Positions 1 through 12,067 of a stretch of 64,000 bases of DNA are shown here, piece by piece; the first letter of the stretch is position 1; every line of letters starts with the position of its first letter. The stretch is from the NCBI RefSeq assembly GCF_006345805.1, contig NC_043000.1, positions 49,662,001 to 49,726,000 on the forward strand, read 5' to 3'. Origin of the DNA: Octopus sinensis. Its lineage: Eukaryota. The notes under the pieces are model-generated. The model was not told where the DNA came from and did not search any database. It worked only from the letters and a program-made list of their open reading frames with translations. The position numbers and the translations under genes are program-made.

Positions 1-74
1 GCATGAGGAGCTGGATCAAATGCTACAAGACATTATTTTCTGATGCTCTAACAATATTATTAAAACAATAATAA

Positions 75-283
75 TGGTTTCAGATTTTTGCAAAAGGCCA
101 GCAGTTTCAGTGAAGGTGATAAGTCGATTACATCAACCCTAGTGCTTAACTGGTACTCATTTTATCAACCCCAAAAAGATGGATAGCAAAGTCGCTCTCG
201 GTGAAATTTGAACTCAGAACACATAGTCAGAAAAAATGTCTCTAAGCATTTTGTCTGGTACAATAATGATTCTGCCAGCTCTT
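75..283 (-). mobile_element. tRNA-headed SINE, MetaSINE-like family (decayed copy; a second partial copy at about 335-480)
   Basis: Reverse complement GAGCTGGCAGAATCATT...TTCTGAGTTCAAATTTCACCGAGAGCGACTTTGC matches the better copy at 49257-49483. The family label rests on recalled similarity of the central CCTTTCATCCTTTCGGGGTCGATAAAATAAGTACC block to the Meta/Sauria-type domain. Confidence 0.7.
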
Positions 284-986
284 CAAAACAACAACAACAA
301 CAACAACAATAATAATAATAATAATAATTTTTATTTGGCATAAAGCCAATTTTCTTGTAAGGAATGGTTGTAATCAATTGAGTTCTTTATAGCTTAATAC
401 CGGTACTTAATTTATCAATACCAGATTGATGTAAGACAGGCAAATCCATACTCAGTGGAATTTGAACTCAAAACAGCAAGTTATTGAAATAGAAACAATA
501 AAGCCTCCACTCCATCATGAATCTAATTCCATGGTCACAAGTGTACTTATTAGATTGCAAAGGGCTTTTGGTCCTCTGTTTGATATTCATAACATTTCTT
601 TCGTGCAAGAGTATATCGATCAACAGTGTAACAATGGCATGCTTAAAGATGACAGACTTGTAGCTTCAGGATTAAAACAAAAACAATAACAGAAAGAAGA
701 AAAACGAAGGAAAAACGAAACAGAGCAATCCTATATCAGCTCTCTACTAAATAAAGTATATTTAGGAAAAAAAAATATCAAAACAACAATAACAATAATA
801 ACATCAAGATCTAAACATATTTTATTACAAAGACAACTATGCTTGAATTTTGAATAACAATTCACCCAGGAGATACCATAATAAAATCTTGACAACAATA
901 TATATATATATGTATGTGTATATATATATATATATGTATGTGTACTTGTGAGTGTATATATATATATATTTGTGTGTGTATATAAT

Positions 987-1018
<32 letters not shown>

Positions 1019-1874
1019 ATATATATACTTATACACACGCTCACACATACATATTCATATAGACATTTTTGGAACAAGAGAGCAAGTATTTTTTTAATTT
1101 TATTTAACATGAAAACACTTTTCTTTCCTTCAGACACAGACCTATAGATGTTTAAGTTGAACATCAACTCCATCTATATCAGCAGCCATGAAACAATAAA
1201 ATAACTCTACCCAGTTCACTAAATTACTAGAAATAACAGCTAAAGCTCCTTCTAATCACATCATACGAATAAAAAAAAACACACACATAATAAGGTAAAG
1301 AATATAAAAAAAAAGGGTAGCCTGAACAATGTAATCTTTGATACACACAAAGGCAAGATAGTCTCTACAGGAATGCTTCTGATTTGTCTAATAAAAGCTG
1401 CTGTAGGGTTAAGTAACAATGGTCTAACCAGCCTGCGAGAACTTGAAAAGATCATAGGCATTGCTTTTTTTCCTCTCCTCCATCTGCTTCTTCTCTTGCT
1501 CCTCCTACTCCTTCTTTGACTATATTTGAAAAATGTATTATGAAAGTGAATTTAAAGAAACATTTAGAAAAAAATTGGACGCCTACATTATTTAAATCCA
1601 GCTATATACCTGTGTGGCTAAGATGTTCGCCTCTCAACCATATAGTTTCTAGTTTGATCCAGTAGCATGGCACCTTCAACAAGTGTCTTCCACAATTAAC
1701 TTCTTACTATTAAGCAATGCTTTGTGAAAGAAATTTGGTAAACTGTGCAAAGACTAACAGTCAAGTGACTGAAACAAGTAAAAGAATAAAAGAATAAATA
1801 ATTTAAGGCAGTACCTCAACATAACCAGAGACGAATAACTGAGACAAGCAAATGATGTATATATATATATTTCA

Positions 1875-2160
1875 TCAACATCATCATCGTCATTAAACAT
1901 CCATTGTCCATGTTGGCATGGGTTGGACGGTTTGACCAGGGCTAGTAAGCTGAGGGGCTATACCAGACTCCAGTCTGATTTGGCATGGTTTCTCCGGCTG
2001 GATACTCTGCCAACCACTCTGAGAGGGTAATGGGTGCTTTCATGTGCCACTGGCATAGGTGCCAGTTGCGAGACACCAGTATCTGCCATGACTGTGATTT
2101 CACTTGGTCTGATGGGTCTTCTTGCCAAGTACAGCATATTGTCAAAAGTTTATGTAGATA
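1875..2160 (-). mobile_element. V-domain-like SINE/repeat with (ATG)n tail
   Basis: Shares CATCATCAT..TTAAAC(G/A)TCC..CCATG..GGGTTGGACGG and CTGGAT(GCCCTTCCT)..CCAACC blocks with copies at 13565, 16216, 24330, 34225 and 34850. Confidence 0.7.
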
Positions 2161-2168
2161 TGTGTGTT

Positions 2169-2199
<31 letters not shown>

Positions 2200-2279
2200 T
2201 ATATAGATATATGCATATATACATACATATGTGTACATACCTACATATATATGTATATATACATGCATCAAAAAATACG

Positions 2280-2700
2280 TTGAACACAATGAGAAACAAA
2301 AACATAAAAACAAAATCATAGAAACGAACATTTTTTGAACAACGTAAAAGCCAAAAAGAGAAACGAGACATACAACATAAAAAATACTCCCCGTCTTCAG
2401 TTGTTCCTGTTTCATCCACTCCACTTTTCAAAAGCAAGGACAAGACGCGACTTCGTTGAAACAGTCCTTTCTGCAAAGCAAATTACATAAAATTTAGAAT
2501 TTTTTTGCGGAGGGTGAAAGTGGTAACAAGAATGGGACAGTGAGAACAAAACAGTAAAAAGAACAGGACAGTGAGAACAAAACAGTAAAAACCAACAATG
2601 AGGGCTGTTAAGCCAAGACGATAGAAAAATTGTTCTGAACACGTCAAGAGAGACAGAGAAAGGCAGAAACAAGGAAAATGCAACTTATATTTGAACACTA
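2280..2700. repeat. Unclassified interspersed repeat with internal duplication of about 30 bp (GGACAGTGAGAACAAAACAGTAAAAA x2); possibly Penelope-associated
   Basis: The direct duplication is visible at about 2536-2592. The block retains CpG. Classification is from recollection only. Confidence 0.35.
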
Positions 2701-3339
2701 TACAAATATTCTTTTAAAAAAACTTTTATTTTAATTTTTCTAAATTTAATTATTTAATTATTTACAGTTGAAAAGGTCTCAATTGACCGAAACCGGTACT
2801 GAAATGTTCTTTATAAAATTATTTTAGCATTTTCTATCTTGATTTGTTTTTTCATATAAATATATATATTAATTAATATTTCACTTAGGCATAGCAATGC
2901 TAATAATCTGGTGTTAGAACTCAAATACATTTGCTTCAGAAAAATGCATAGTGAAGTACAAAATGTAATTAGAAATTATATAAATGAGCAGGGGAACAAC
3001 AACTTAAGTAATGAGCATCATTACATAATTTATAGGTAATGTTTCTTTTTTATATTTCCCAGTCAACAAATAATCTGGTAACTTTGCACTTCCGTAGGCG
3101 TGTGCAATTAAAACTTCTTTATTAGAAAAACAGGTAAGGGTTAATGACAGAGAAGCTGTAAAACAATTCCTCTGTAATATGTATTAGTCTAATCCATTTT
3201 AGTAGAAAATAAAACAGAAGTAAAGCAAACAAATTAAAGTAAAGCAAACACACACACACATACAAATAGAAAACAAAGCCTGTTTCAAAATCTAAATTAT
3301 AAAGTAAAACCCAATCATCTAACAACTTAGTCACAGTAC

Positions 3340-3501
3340 TTGTTGTTGTTGTTGTAGTAGTAGTAGTAGTAGTAGTAGTATTGTAGCAGCAGTAGTATTG
3401 TTGTAGCAGCAGCAACAGTAGTAGTAGTAGTAATAATAGTAGTAGTAGTAGTAGTAGTAGTATTGTAGCAGCAGTAGTATTGTTGTAGCAGTAGCAGCAA
3501 C

Positions 3502-3532
<31 letters not shown>

Positions 3533-3630
3533 ATAGCAGCAGCAGCAGCTAAAACAGTACAAGCTGGAGTATTTATAGTAAATTAGAATAGTAGCAGCAG
3601 CAGCAGTAGCAACAGCAGCAGCAACAACAG
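3340..3630. repeat. Compound trinucleotide microsatellite (GTT/GTA/GCA/CAA)
   Basis: Direct reading of the sequence. Confidence 0.95.
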
Positions 3631-3986
3631 CTTTCAGATTAGAATCTTCCTACAGTTCCTTTACGTGTCTTGTTATATGACTTGAGAACTGATTCTTCAA
3701 AGAATAGCCATGCAATTTCGATTTACTCAAATGAAAAACAAGTTCAGCAGAATAAAAATGGTTCTTTGGCAGGATTTATGGCTCTGATCGAATTAGAACA
3801 TTTAGGAGGTACAGATGCTGCTGGAGATTTACCAAACATTGTTTGGCAAATTAAAAGGAAAATAAATAAATAAATAAATACATAGATAAATAAATAAATA
3901 AATAAAGTGCCAGCAATTCTTTTCCTCCAATTCAGTTTTAACATTTTTTTTTTCTTTCTGTTTAGTCTAATGTGTTTTTGGTGTTG

Positions 3987-4085
3987 TTAGGTTTTGGATA
4001 CTTCAGCTACATCAGATAACTCTTTGGGTCTGTATGTGAAAATATAAAATAAAAATGCATCTGCTAAAGCTTCTCTACCAGAATA

Positions 4086-4121
<36 letters not shown>

Positions 4122-4368
4122 TATATATATATATATATAATTATATATATATATATATTATATATATATATATATATTATATATATATAATTATATATAT
4201 ATATATATATTATATATATATATATTATATATATATTATATATATATATATTATATATATATATTATATATTATATATATTATTATATATATTATATATT
4301 ATATATATTATATTATATATATATAATTATATATATATATTATATATATATACATACATATATATATA

Positions 4369-4415
<47 letters not shown>

Positions 4416-4770
4416 AATATATGTATATATATGTATATATATATATATACATACACATACATCATGTGCATGCATCCACACACACACACACGCACACACA
4501 CTCTCACACACACACATAATATATATATATAATACTTACAATATATATGAATTTTCAATATGATACTTTCTGGTTTTATTTTTCGTAAATGTTAACTCGT
4601 TAAGTTCATCCGGTTCTTGTTGCTGTTTATACCATTTCTGAGGGCAGAAAAAATATTTAAAATAGAAAATATAACAGATTCATATTATTCTCTGTTATTC
4701 TGTTTTATTTTATCTACACCTTCCAGAGTGTAGAATTCTTTGGGAGATAACTTTCCAAATAAGTACCAGT
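3987..4770 (-). CDS. Tentative last three coding exons of an unidentified gene: 4720-(>=4770), 4567-4637, 3987-4029; peptide ...TGTYLESYLPKNSTLWK/KWYKQQQEPDELNELTFTKNKTRK/PKELSDVAEVSKT*
   Basis: GT-AG introns 4638-4719 (82 nt, AAG|GTGTAG...TTTTCTGCCCTCAG) and 4030-4566 (AA|GTATCA...TATTTTCACATACAG). Phases are compatible (0, then 2), the frame is open and ends in TAA at 3987-3989. The 5' boundary of the upstream exon is unresolved and I recognise no homolog. Confidence 0.5.
4090..4520. repeat. Long interrupted (TA)n/(CA)n microsatellite inside the putative last intron
   Basis: Direct reading; explains the YIYI ORFs. Similar tracts occur at about 8070-8450, 11880-11975, 13250-13565, 14490-14660, 16380-16500, 16780-16870, 36070-36280, 36960-37120 and 46050-46760. 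Confidence 0.97.
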
Positions 4771-4919
4771 AATTTATTGCAACTGATTTTATCAAATATA
4801 GTTGTCACTTACAAAAATAATCATGTAAAATAACAATAAGAAAAAAAATCATGCAAAATGAATTTCAGGTAAGAAATCAATAATATAGAAGCAAAACATA
4901 AATAAAGTTCATCATCGTC

Positions 4920-5990
4920 ATCCATTGCCCACCTGTGTAAAAAAAAACCTTGTCACAGCCCCCCAACACAAAATCCCCTAACTACCCCGTATCATTTGAC
5001 ACATACACTATATCATAGACTCATTGCCCTGTTAGTGCTATTTGTACTAAATATGTGGTTTTTTTACAAATCCCTTATTGTGGGTTTAGTTTAGAAAAGA
5101 ATAAAACTTTTTAATGAGAACCATGTGTCTGGTGCGATGCTGCTAGTGCAGAAACATTTGGTTTCAAACTTTAGCCACAAATCTCCTCTTTGTGTCATGT
5201 CCAGTCCAATTCGTTTACGGGAAAGCAAAGTTCCAGCAAGGTTAAAACCAGATTCAACCAGGTATGAGGTAGGCAAAAGAAATCTCAGATGTTTCCACAG
5301 ACTGGGGTAGGAATTCAATATACTCTGATGGTACCACAAACCCTCTTTGCCATTACGGCAATATCGCATTGTGGTGTCATTGTCATTTTGTAATTCTATC
5401 AATTCCTCCTGAATGTCATCCTTGCTATCAACTGCATCAACCTCAAATGGACTGCTATACCAATTTGGGATATTCAGCGCAATAACATCTTGAAATCACT
5501 CCACCATGTTATCATGCAATGATTGTAAAAGGTAGTGATATGTAGTTAAATCCTCATCAACTAATTCATCTTTCAAAGAATCAAGTTGTGGAATTTGATG
5601 GAATTGACGTTTTACAATGTTAGTCTTATACAATACCAATTTCGAAATGAAAGTAGTGATAAATGAATTACAATCAACGAGAGTTTTTTTGTTTCCTTGC
5701 CATAACTTATTCAAGTCATTTAATTTTGTGAATATATCACAAAGAAGAAGGATATCGCACCTTGCAGCCATCAATGAAGTGGATAGTGGAGTATCTTCAA
5801 AGAAAGATATAATTATATGAAACAGTTCAACAAAGCGTAAAACACAGTTTCTTTTCGACAGCTGCTGCACTTCGGTAGGGTATAAGAGTTTAGTATGGTC
5901 CTCCCTTCTCACCATTTCTCAGACAAAGTTGATGGAAAATTCAGTCAGACGAGGAACTGGACTTCAATTTGTTCACAGTCTTGATAACTA
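4920..5990 (-). mobile_element. Decayed hAT (Charlie/Buster-like, ZBED8/SCAND3-type) DNA transposon with transposase remnants
   Basis: ORF 5496-5915 (CDILLLCDIFTKLNDLNKLWQGNKKTLVD..FISKLVLYKTNI..RQFHQIPQL) and ORF 5091-5402 (LPTSYLVESGFN..LLSRKRIGLDMTQRGDL) resemble the C-terminal dimerisation region of Charlie-like hAT transposases. The frame is broken. Confidence 0.85.
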
Positions 5991-5999
5991 ACTGTAGCG

Positions 6000-6232
6000 C
6001 ATCATTCAACCTACCATTCATATTTTTTGCCACTAAATGCTGCCAGTGTGCCAAGCAATGAACAGTTAGTATCTGGTTAGAAATTTCATGCTTTAGGAGA
6101 GATGATATGACTGTTCAGTTATAAAACAACATTGTAGGGTAGGTGTGAGAGGCTGGATCTAGCCAGTACCAGTATGAAACAGGTAGAATATTTGGGCCAG
6201 ATATGGTCAGTTTAAATGCAAAAGAGTTAAAC
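6000..6232. mobile_element. Decayed MITE-like repeat ending ..AAATGC(T/A)AA(A)G(G/A)GTTAA (related copy at about 51150-51280)
   Basis: Block ACATTGTAG..TAGGTGT..CAGAT(C/A)TGG..TAAATGC..GTTAA is shared with 51176-51277. A TTAA end suggests piggyBac type. Confidence 0.45.
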
Positions 6233-6271
6233 AATATCAAGAAAAGGAAGCTATTCTAATGAGAATGATAT

Positions 6272-6610
6272 GGGAGACCCCCTTCGGTCATGAATGATAA
6301 TGAGATTGCACCTAGAAAGTTACCCTCCGAGGTACAAGTCCGGGCAAGATTGTTTATGGAAGGCCAGCAGTCGCCCATGCATACCAGCCTCCCCTCTCCA
6401 CACCACTGATGTTATCCAAGAGAAAGGCAAAGGCCGATACAGCTTGGCACCCGTGATGTTGCAACTCATTTCTTCGGCTGAGTTAACTGGAGCAACATGA
6501 AATAAAGTGTCTTGCTCAAGAACACAACACACAGCCCGGTCCAGGAATCAAACTCACAACCTCACGATCGTAAGCTCGATGCTATAACCACTGAGCCATG
6601 CTCCTTCACA
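6272..6610 (-). mobile_element. tRNA-derived CORE-like SINE, near full length
   Basis: Minus-strand head TGGCTCAGTGG (A box)...GTTTGATTCC (B box), then GTGTTCTTGAGCAAGACACTTT (CORE-like). Near-identical copies at 9925-10282 and 33229-33566. Confidence 0.9.
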
Positions 6611-6629
6611 ATGAGAATGATAACTAGTC

Positions 6630-6716
6630 GCACAAAAGGGGAACGGGTCATGTTTGGAATGCCTTTGATCAGAGGTTTGCTTGATCAAGGCTGATTTAGG
6701 GCTAAACAACAGCATA
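6630..6716 (+). repeat. Short interspersed repeat ending GGGCTAAACAACA(A/G)C (copies at about 1321-1430, 17150-17280(-), 17340-17410(-), 22570-22655, 29085-29180, 45330-45430(-), 56330-56430)
   Basis: The recurrent motif GGAATGC(C/T)TTTGATCA(G/T)AGGT..GCT(T)GATC..GGGCTAAACAAC is seen in several places. Confidence 0.65.
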
Positions 6717-6844
6717 AAAACTATCTGCGTTATATTTAAATTCAAGCACTATAAGATTTTATTTTGATATTTTGTTCACTTTGTCTTGACATTTTTGCAA
6801 TTACTGCTTTACATATCAACCCACATTGTTACTTTTTATCTTAT

Positions 6845-7088
6845 ATTTGTTTCAGTTACTAGACTGTGGCCATGCTGGAGTATTGGTTTGAACAATTTGT
6901 TTTAGTTGAATAAATCGACACCAGTATTTATCTATTTAATTTTTTTTGTTAGGCATGGTACTTATTCTATCAATTTTGCCAAATCACTAAAGTATGGGGA
7001 AGTAAAAACACTAACATCAGTTGTCAAGTTGTGGTGGGAGACAAATACAGATGCAAAGACACATAATACATAAACACAAACACACACA

Positions 7089-7123
<35 letters not shown>

Positions 7124-7275
7124 CAGGCTTCTTTCCGTTTTCATTCATTACATCCACTCACAAGGTTTTGGTTGGCCTGAGGTTATAGCAGAAGTCATTT
7201 GCCCAAGGTGCCAGACAGTGGGACTGAACCTGGAACCATGTGGCTGAAAAGCAAGCTTCTCACCACACAGTCACG
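6845..7275 (-). mobile_element. tRNA-headed SINE with internal (CA)n microsatellite (family of 47356-47760)
   Basis: Same bipartite layout as the young copies: head GCTGTGTGGTAAG..GGTTCAGTCCCACTG..CTTGGGCAAGTG, microsatellite, tail GACTGAAACAAGTAAAAG. Further decayed copies at about 1590-1800, 8460-8640, 12570-12980, 14655-14730, 19573-19712, 30330-30610, 34430-34760, 48440-48850, 52320-52560, 55480-55805, 57860-58390, 58985-59150, 60290-60480, 61510-61850 and 63185-63400. Confidence 0.85.
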
Positions 7276-7940
7276 TTGGCACCTGTTACTTAACATTTTT
7301 GACATGGTTGATATTTTTTTTACATAAAAAACTGAATTTAATAGAATACTGAGAAAATATGTGTTTGTTTTGAAAATTGGTAACAGAACTGTTTTCCTAG
7401 AACAATGAGAAAACTGCATAAATATCTGTAAACACTTAGCAAATTTTCTATTATTTCCACTTTTGTTTTGATAATATTTGAAAAATGACAATAATAATAT
7501 CAACAACAATATCAATGATGTTTTCAATTCCTATGTTGTAGGAAAGTACACAGATTTTACAGGACTTTGAACAAGGTGTGAAAATCCCCAATAGCTAGCA
7601 CTTTGAGAAAATTGCATTAGAGTTAGACTAAGTGACAGGGGAATTTAATAAAAGTCTCTATATTTCATTTAGTTCAATTCAAACAAGATTATTTGGTTGA
7701 AGCATGTAGTGCAATGATTGATTTATCCACAGTTAATGACTTGAGTCTATGACTTCAGCCTTAAGTTTAACTTAACAGTGTAATGAAACTATTTTCTGTG
7801 TATATGATTTAGGGTCTTATTTAACAAAGAATTAAAATATTTTTCTACATACATCATTTAGGGTTTCAATTTAGCACACCACTGGAATTAAAACATGCAT
7901 AAATAAACTTTACATGTATTAAGTTCTCTTTCTCTTTCTC

Positions 7941-7999
<59 letters not shown>

Positions 8000-8377
8000 T
8001 GTGTGTGTGTATATATATAGATAGATAAAATTTACTTGGAAATTGATGCATCGTGTTCAATCATATAATAACATAAATAATATATATATGCATATATACA
8101 TACATTTATGTTTATATTTACATATATATGTATGTACATATATGTCTATATATATATGTATATATATGTGTGCATATGTATATAAATATATATATATATA
8201 TATATGGAATTAATATGTATTCAGTCTATAAATATTTATGTTTTCCATTTAACGTATGTCAAAATGTAAAAGGATTTCTTCTATACATCATTCAGGTTTT
8301 CAATTAAACAAAAGGGTTGAATTGAAAAGCATATACTATGCATATATACATTCATACATACATAGAAAAATGAATAC

Positions 8378-8454
<77 letters not shown>

Positions 8455-9924
8455 TTATGTTTTATTTGTTTTAGTCAATGGACTGCAGCCATGCTGGTGT
8501 ACTACCTTGAAGAGTTTAGTCAAATTCCAGTACTTTTTAAAAGTCTGGTACTTGTTCTATCAGATTCTTTTTGTCAAATCACAAAGTTCCAAGAATGTAC
8601 ACAAGCCAACACCACTTAGCAACAAACACAAGGACATGAAACAAATGGATAAGTTAGGTATTACTACACTTGTTTCAATAGTATCTGTATATATGTGTGC
8701 GTGCAAATGTGTGTGTGGAGTAGACTGTAACTAAGATACATCAACATGTAATAATTTAGGACTCTGCTTAGCATAGGCAAGGAGTTCAGTCACCATCATT
8801 TTTTTCAGCAATACAGTATTAGGCATACTGTTTAACAAAGGATTGGAAATAAAACTTTCTATCTGATACCTCAGCATGGGCAAAACCTGCTCATTGAAAC
8901 AAGTAATAGATTAGAATATAATTTAGATTTTTCATTTAACATACTACATAAATCTGAACATTTTCTACATACATCATTTAAGAGTTTAATTTAACAGACG
9001 ACAACAAGAATTATACATTTTTATTTATTGTAAATCTTCAATTTAACATACAAATAAAGTATTTTATATATATGTGTGCGAGAGTGTATGTATTTATATA
9101 TGTATATTTATACATGCAGACACATGCACATACATACACATGTAAATTTATATATGATTTTCAGTCTTCTGGTTAGAATAGAGGTGGAACCCAAATAGTT
9201 TCTACATACATAATTTAGGCACAGATAATAAGGAATTAGTTTAGCATTTCAAAATATTGATCACACTATTCTAGTTGAAACCTCTCCATATTTTGATTTG
9301 TATATTTGGATTTTTTTAATCACCTTCAAGCACACACACACATTCCTTTATTCTTTTAATCCTTTCAATGACTGGATAATGAACCTTTTATGGTGCAACC
9401 TTCAAAGAATTTAGTTCCATATTAATGTCATCAGTACTTCAGTGCTTATTTCAATGGGTTTTTTTAAAACCTGCTTAGAACACAGAATACTGAGCTATAT
9501 ATCATGAGAAGAGATTCGGCTGTTATTGCCCTGCTGGACATCTGTCACTGAGGAATACACAGCAGGGTGAAATGAGGTGATCTGGCAATACTGGCACCCA
9601 TAGCAAATGATTTTCATCTGTCAACTGTCTGTGATATAATTACAAGTGCTTATGTGCACCATGAACCCTTATAAGAGATCCTCTCAAAGTAAATAACACA
9701 GTATTATAGGTCCCAACACAACCTCCACATTCAGTTGTTTTTTCAACATGGTTTCCATTAGTTATGCAAAGTTAAATGCACTTTGTGAGTCTCACATGAA
9801 CCCAATGCAGTAATTCCACAGTTACATTAATTTGAGCACATTCATTCATGATGTCTCCCTTCAGATGATTCAGACATTATGGTCACAGAATGTGTCTGAT
9901 ATATATATATGGTGATGGTGAATT

Positions 9925-10279
9925 GTGACCCCCTTCGGTCAGACACTGACCATGGGTTTGCAACTAGAGAGTTACCCTCTGAGGCACAAGTCTGGGCAAG
10001 GTTGTTTTTTTTGTTTGTTTTTTTTTTATGGAAGACCAGCAGTCGCCCATGCATACCGGCCTCCTCTCTCCACGTCACCGATGTTGTCCAAGGGAAAGGC
10101 AAGGGCCGATACAGCTTGGCACCTGTGACGTCGCAACTCATTTCTACAGCTGAGTGAACTGGAGCAACGTGAAATAAAGTGTCTTGCTCAAGAACACAAC
10201 ACGCAGCCCGGTCCGGGATTCGAGCTCACAACCTCACGATCATAAGCTCAATGCTCTAACCACTGAGCCACGCGCCTTC

Positions 10280-10282
<3 letters not shown>
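9925..10282 (-). mobile_element. tRNA-derived CORE-like SINE, young near full-length copy
   Basis: Head GGCGCGTGGCTCAGTGGTTAGAGC..GAGCTCGAATCCCGGACC; CpG retained; poly-T insertion near 10005-10028. Confidence 0.9.
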
Positions 10283-10317
<35 letters not shown>

Positions 10318-10392
10318 TGGGAAACTTGACTGGTGACTGTTGGTGGTTGCTGTGATTGCTTTCAGAGTGAGAGATGAAGAGAAAGTGTGTTA

Positions 10393-10650
10393 GCTAAGAA
10401 ATAGAAGGCAGGATGAAGTTCCCCTTCAAGGGGAGAGAACCAGTCAGGGCTTATATATATATAAAGGGAGAGTTTTACGAAAAAAATAAAAGACGAAGAC
10501 AGGCGGTGTACAAAACAAACAGATGTATTAGTATAATGCTCAGGAATAGAAAGAGTCTTTTATGTTTCAAGCCTACGCTCTTCTACAGAAAGGAACACAG
10601 AAAAAACAAGGAGAGAAAAAAAATGTGTGTAGTGGCTAACGATCTATGAC
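10393..10650 (-). mobile_element. Interspersed repeat carrying a hammerhead-like core (inverted partner at about 11300-11480, fragment at 51585-51650); possibly Penelope-associated
   Basis: Reverse complement GATCGTTAGCCACTACACA..TTCCTTTCTGTAGAAGAGCGTAGGCTTGAAACATAAAAGAC aligns with 11305-11400 on the plus strand. Confidence 0.6.
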
Positions 10651-11486
10651 ACACACATATATATGGCAAATGAAAGACAGATGGGATATACAAGAATTTA
10701 TTATTAATCACGACAATTGTTTTGACACATCCAGCAGGTGTAAACCATTATTTTGTTCTCCATCAGATACATATACATATCTATAAACATATGATGATGA
10801 TGATATATATAGATATAGATATAGATACATGTATATATATACACATATGTATGTACAGTTGTTCGTATTAATGTGCATTGGGTAATATTTCAATGATTAT
10901 GGAAAATGGGAATTTCTCCATAATCTTGAACTCAATTGATATGTAATTGAATCTTTTTGTGAACCTTTTCTGTTTATTCCCCCAAGTTCAATACATGTTT
11001 ATTGTGATATTTAAGGTAGTTTAGAGCCATTTGGCATCTTCTTTCAGCATGTGGCTAAGCCTTTGTACTTACTTGCTTGCCCTTAATATAAATTTATATG
11101 ATATATACACATTACAGATGCACAATTACACATGCACACATCGACACACGTCAAAGTCACTAGCCCCTATCCACATACATACACATTCTCACATACATAC
11201 ACATGCATGCTCACCTTTGTTTTGGGATCACCAATACTTTATTATCTCCCCTTCTTTCTATTTCTCCTGCCAAACCTATTTTGCTCCAACCAGTCACCAT
11301 GCTTGATCGCTAAATACACAAGATATTTTTTTATTCTCACTCTGTTTATTTTCTCTTATTCCTTTCTGTTGATGAACATAGGCTCAAAACATAAAAGACT
11401 TCCTCACTTTCCTGAGCATCAATCTAATACAACTGCTCGTTGTTCATACTCCTGTAAACAGCTTTTGTTTTACTGTATATTTCAAC

Positions 11487-11520
<34 letters not shown>

Positions 11521-12067
11521 AAAGAAGTTTGAAAACGCCACTATATAAAATAAATTTTAATTTTCTTAGAGATTTTACATGTTTTGGTTCTTCTTGAAAA
11601 AACGAACCTGAGCCAAAATATTTTAAAAAGTTAAGTGTAATAAAAAAGTCCACGTGGTGGTGGTGTTTTGTAGGGTGGGGGGAATGGCTGTGTTGTGCAT
11701 TGACTAGATTCGTTGGCTATAATTGTGAAAATGATCATTGGCCGTAATAGCAGTAGTAGCAGTGACCATTGGTCCTAGTAGTAGTAGTAATAGTAGTAGT
11801 AGTAACCGTGGTGGTGATGGTTGGAGTTGTAGCAGCAGTTCATTGGCTGTAGTAGTAGCCATCTACACTTTTTATAAATATACATATATATTCATATATA
11901 TATACATATATATATAAACATATATATAAGCATATATATAAACATATATATACATATATATATATATATATATCAATCAATATAAGGGTAGCAAAAAATT
12001 CAAGAAAAATTTTTCGCCACCAGCGGTCTAGTGAGAAAGAGAAATAGTCACAGACTATATATATATA

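Noticed and set aside
2385-2480. CTGAAGA and CGAAGTCGCGTC words on the minus strand
   Set aside because: They are in the wrong order and spacing for a hammerhead, and no consistent stems form.
4055-4558. Long ORFs rich in YI/CV/HT repeats (here and throughout the track)
   Set aside because: They are translations of (TA)n/(TG)n/(CA)n microsatellites, which lack stops in some frames.
7809-7864. TTAGGG telomere-like words
   Set aside because: They are isolated single occurrences, not an array.
10200-10282. tRNA genes at SINE heads (also 6530-6610, 33229-33310, 48240-48310)
   Set aside because: A and B boxes are present but no complete cloverleaf or terminator, and each continues into a SINE body.
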